The position numbers and the translations under genes are program-made. Of a stretch of 60,629 nucleotides of DNA, positions 57,967-60,629 are shown one piece after another. The notes beneath the pieces are model-generated. The model did not search any database. It worked only from the letters and a program-made list of their open reading frames with translations, and was not told the origin of the DNA. Numbering within the stretch: position 1 is the first letter of the stretch; the number at the start of each line of letters is the position of its first letter. Source of the stretch: an uncultured virus (IMG/VR IMGVR_UViG_3300034374_012765) (taxonomy: Duplodnaviria > Heunggongvirae > Uroviricota > Caudoviricetes); the IMG/VR virus record IMGVR_UViG_3300034374_012765; one strand, written 5' to 3'.

Positions 57967-59067
57967 TCAGGATAATTTTTTTGTCAGGGATTTTATTTTA
58001 GAATCAGTCGGATTGTTAGATATGTCGATAACATCTTTCGTTAAACCAGACTGTGCGTCCTTGCCGTCGGTAACTGCAACGTTTATCTTACTGAAGATAT
58101 CAGTTAGAGAAGATGTACTAGATAGTTTTTTATCGATCGACTTCTTACCTCTACCCACGCTAGAATAAAGGACATATAAATTTTCCAAGGCATCGATTTC
58201 ATTAGCAATATCAGTTGCTTTAGCTAGATCAGCTTTTATTTTCTTCCTATTTCCGCCAGACTTCAAAGAAATCTCCTTCCTCAGGTCATTTAGAATTTTT
58301 ACTAGCTTTTCCTTTAAATCCTCCGATCTTTCCGCAGTTTTATCTCTTAAATCCATTAGGACCCCAGCGTCCTTATTGCCTATAATTTTTTTAAGCTCAC
58401 CTATATCAGATAGGTCTGAATCCTTTATGGAGCTGGATTTGTTTTTTCTTGCTGATATCCTAGCTATCAACTCATCGGCTTTCCTAGAAGCATCGTCAAA
58501 TTTGGATTTAAGCTTCTTAATCTCATCGGCATCCTCACTAGATTTTCTAGCCATTTCATATTCGAATTTAGTAAGCTCGTACTCATCGTCGGCAAGACCC
58601 GTTTCATAATATTCCCTTCTTCTCTCATTACCATCAATAACCTTGTGCATGAGATCTGATCCTTTATTCATCTGAGCATTCTTCATCTTAACAAATGCTG
58701 CATACTCCTTCTTTTTCTTATCAATCTCATTCTCAATCTGAATTAGAGCCTCTCTACTTCCTGCACTACGTGCTTTATTTCTTTTTATCTCCAAGGAATC
58801 GAGTTCATCTCTTAGTGCATATTTCTTAGTAATGATCTCTTTCTTAATATCGAGATCCCCCTTTCTTATATTGTCTATAAGATTTATTCTGGATAAACCA
58901 CCTAGAAGACTCTTTGAGAGGTTATTAACGAAACTATCCAAGGCTTTCTTCTCTGAAATATCATTCCCCATATAGTCCTCGTAATAAGACTCCGCTAATC
59001 TTTCACCAATCGGTTCAGATAGGTCCCGGAGCGAAATGAAATCCCTATGACTAAGTATTTTACGCAT
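57967..59067 (-). CDS. Coiled-coil protein, candidate internal head protein
   Basis: MRKILSHRDF...LSE..LAE..ISE; first gene after the MCP terminator, with its own GATATATA motif. Confidence 0.7.
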   Translation of the reverse strand: MRKILSHRDFISLRDLSEPIGERLAESYYEDYMGNDISEKKALDSFVNNLSKSLLGGLSRINLIDNIRKGDLDIKKEIITKKYALRDELDSLEIKRNKARSAGSREALIQIENEIDKKKKEYAAFVKMKNAQMNKGSDLMHKVIDGNERRREYYETGLADDEYELTKFEYEMARKSSEDADEIKKLKSKFDDASRKADELIARISARKNKSSSIKDSDLSDIGELKKIIGNKDAGVLMDLRDKTAERSEDLKEKLVKILNDLRKEISLKSGGNRKKIKADLAKATDIANEIDALENLYVLYSSVGRGKKSIDKKLSSTSSLTDIFSKINVAVTDGKDAQSGLTKDVIDISNNPTDSKIKSLTKKLS

Positions 59068-59089
59068 TATGCAGTATTCTCATTTATAC

Positions 59090-59097
59090 TATATATC
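59090..59097 (-). promoter_or_regulatory. Putative late promoter GATATATA
   Basis: Just downstream of the MCP terminator, upstream of 59067. Confidence 0.6.
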
Positions 59098-59106
59098 CAA
59101 GCAAAC

Positions 59107-59136
59107 AAAAAAACCCTAGGCCGAAGCCTAGGGTTT
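59107..59136 (-). terminator. Intrinsic terminator with a C(UUCG)G tetraloop
   Basis: Minus strand AAACCCTAGGC-TTCG-GCCTAGGGTTT followed by TTTT, right after the MCP stop. Confidence 0.92.
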
Positions 59137-59163
59137 AATATTGATTCTTATTCTAAATTAAGA

Positions 59164-60629
59164 TTAAGAAAGACCTCCAGCAGGTACGTTAACGTGGAAG
59201 CAGAAGTACATAGTTTCTGGGTGGAAACCAGCTTCTACTAGAGCGTAACGTGACTTAACTGCTACTTTAGGTGACATGGTACCTTCAGAGATTGTCTGAA
59301 TAGACTCAGCCATCATGTAAGGCATGAACTTAAGTCCTGGTTCGTCGTCACCACCTTTTCTTCCAATAAGAACTCTATTATCGCCGAACTTCATGTTCTG
59401 ATCAACATACACAGTCATACCAGCAAGCGAACCTACAGGGTAAAGTGTACCGTTGTTCTGAGTCAACGTGTTAGAGAAAGGAGCAAAGGTGAATTGAGAG
59501 ATGTCTTGCAATGCACTTGCAACGTTAGCGTTAGTAACGATGAAGTTAGCAGGACCTCTTCTTCCTCTGTTAGCTACTACGTTAGCACCAGCTAGGATTC
59601 TAGAGAATAGTCTTCTCTGTAGAGTCGACAAGTTCTCGTAAGTTCCTGAAGCAGGACCAGCAGTACCAGCAAGCGATAGACCTGTGTCGTCTTTACCTAC
59701 GTAAGAAGGAATCGTGTAAGAACCAGCAGTACCACCGATAACGAGGTTTAGGTTCAAGTTCTGTCCTTCTGTAGTGAAGAAGTCACTGTGGTTAGACCAG
59801 CCAAGAGCAAATGCTCTAGAAAGGATGTGCTTGTTGATCGCTTGAGAAACCTCGTTAACCAATGCGTTCTCGATCATAGAAATTACGTCGATACCGAATT
59901 GCTTGTTAAGGTCTTGGATCTGCTCAGTAGTTACTGAAGCAGCCACTTGGAAAGTGTCAGCCTCAACGAACTTAGTGAACGTTGATAGACCCATTGACTG
60001 GTAGTAGTTGCTCTCACCGTATGCTCTAAGCATTGGGTTGTAAGTCTTAGTACCGTCAACGAAAGGTCCTTGCCAATCGTCAGAGTTTTGGAAACCAGCT
60101 CCAGAGAATCCTTGGATGTGATCCTCAAGTGCTTTAACCAATTCCGCAGACGCTGTGGTAGTACCGTAAGTGTTATCGTTAGCAGCGTTTCCAATTTTGG
60201 TAGCATTTCCATCAAGAACTGAAGCTACTGATTCGCCAGCAGTTACTTCTTCAATTCTAAAGATAGGGTAGCCATCGATTCTTGAAAGGCCAACAAATAC
60301 AGTTTTTAAGTATGCACTTGCTGAGGAAGCCTGCGTGAAATAGACGTCCTGACCAACGGCAAAGTTACCTGGGTATCCAGATGCGGCAGTTCCTGAAGGC
60401 ATCTGAACCTTAATCATAGCAGGAGCAGCAGCCAAAGCGTCAGCTGCAGTAGTACCTACTGAATTAGGGCTTAGTTTACCGCCAGCGTATACGTAGTCTA
60501 GGTACGAAAGAACGCCAGTAGGACCTGACATAGGAATTACAGGAACGATGTCGAATCCAACAGTCTTCGCAGCAACCTGAATTGCCAACGGAAGAAGTGA
60601 AGGAAACTTATCACCTGATCCTTGATTTC
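59164..60629 (-). CDS. gp23: Major capsid protein, T4 gp23-like (5' end outside window)
   Basis: DIVPVIPMSGPTG, TTEQIQDL, INKHIL, RGRRGPANFIV, FMPY and KSRYAL motifs. The frame stays open upstream of the ORF-track start (NQGSGDKFPSLLPLAIQV). Confidence 0.95.
   Translation of the reverse strand, partial: NQGSGDKFPSLLPLAIQVAAKTVGFDIVPVIPMSGPTGVLSYLDYVYAGGKLSPNSVGTTAADALAAAPAMIKVQMPSGTAASGYPGNFAVGQDVYFTQASSASAYLKTVFVGLSRIDGYPIFRIEEVTAGESVASVLDGNATKIGNAANDNTYGTTTASAELVKALEDHIQGFSGAGFQNSDDWQGPFVDGTKTYNPMLRAYGESNYYQSMGLSTFTKFVEADTFQVAASVTTEQIQDLNKQFGIDVISMIENALVNEVSQAINKHILSRAFALGWSNHSDFFTTEGQNLNLNLVIGGTAGSYTIPSYVGKDDTGLSLAGTAGPASGTYENLSTLQRRLFSRILAGANVVANRGRRGPANFIVTNANVASALQDISQFTFAPFSNTLTQNNGTLYPVGSLAGMTVYVDQNMKFGDNRVLIGRKGGDDEPGLKFMPYMMAESIQTISEGTMSPKVAVKSRYALVEAGFHPETMYFCFHVNVPAGGLS

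Noticed and set aside
708..60215. Numerous short plus-strand and nested ORFs in the track (e.g. 2560-3009, 13256-13642, 37960-38460, 54719-55126, 59931-60215)
   Set aside because: Antisense or alternate-frame shadows of long, motif-bearing genes, with no recognisable motifs
1..60629. Stop-codon reassignment as seen in some jumbo phages
   Set aside because: Genes tile densely in code 11. TAG (35694) and TGA (6162, 33080, 57967) end genes at sensible boundaries.
1..60629. tRNA, rRNA, intron, intein or integrase
   Set aside because: Intergenic gaps are mostly too short, and I recognised no cloverleaf, splice-junction or recombinase motifs by eye; a covariance-model search was not possible

Overview
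A 60.6 kb segment of a large T4-like (contractile-tailed, probably jumbo) phage genome in the standard genetic code, transcribed almost entirely on the minus strand. Right to left it holds the 3' part of a gp23-type major capsid gene with a UUCG-tetraloop terminator, then a cluster of probable internal head proteins. Enzyme genes (AsnB-like amidotransferase, dNMP kinase, two glycosyltransferase-like genes, Nudix) are interleaved there. Next is a baseplate/neck module (tube-initiator-like, gp53/LysM, hub, gp5 spike, gp13, gp25, gp6, gp7-like) that contains a ribosomal protein S1 homologue and an amidoligase-like gene. Then come very large fibre/baseplate proteins, an opposite-strand GT2+PhoH pair, two collagen-containing fibre paralogues and a spanin-like protein. 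SD-less A-rich start regions and several protein features suggest a Bacteroidota host (inference). Main leads: (1) a late-expressed S1/amidoligase pair, (2) a possible virion glycosylation system (pervasive G-x-T-G motifs plus three glycosyltransferases), (3) a family of CTS-tagged ejected proteins, (4) two distinct promoter motifs, (5) a possible inverted unimolecular spanin. All family calls come from motif recognition by eye, not database searches.
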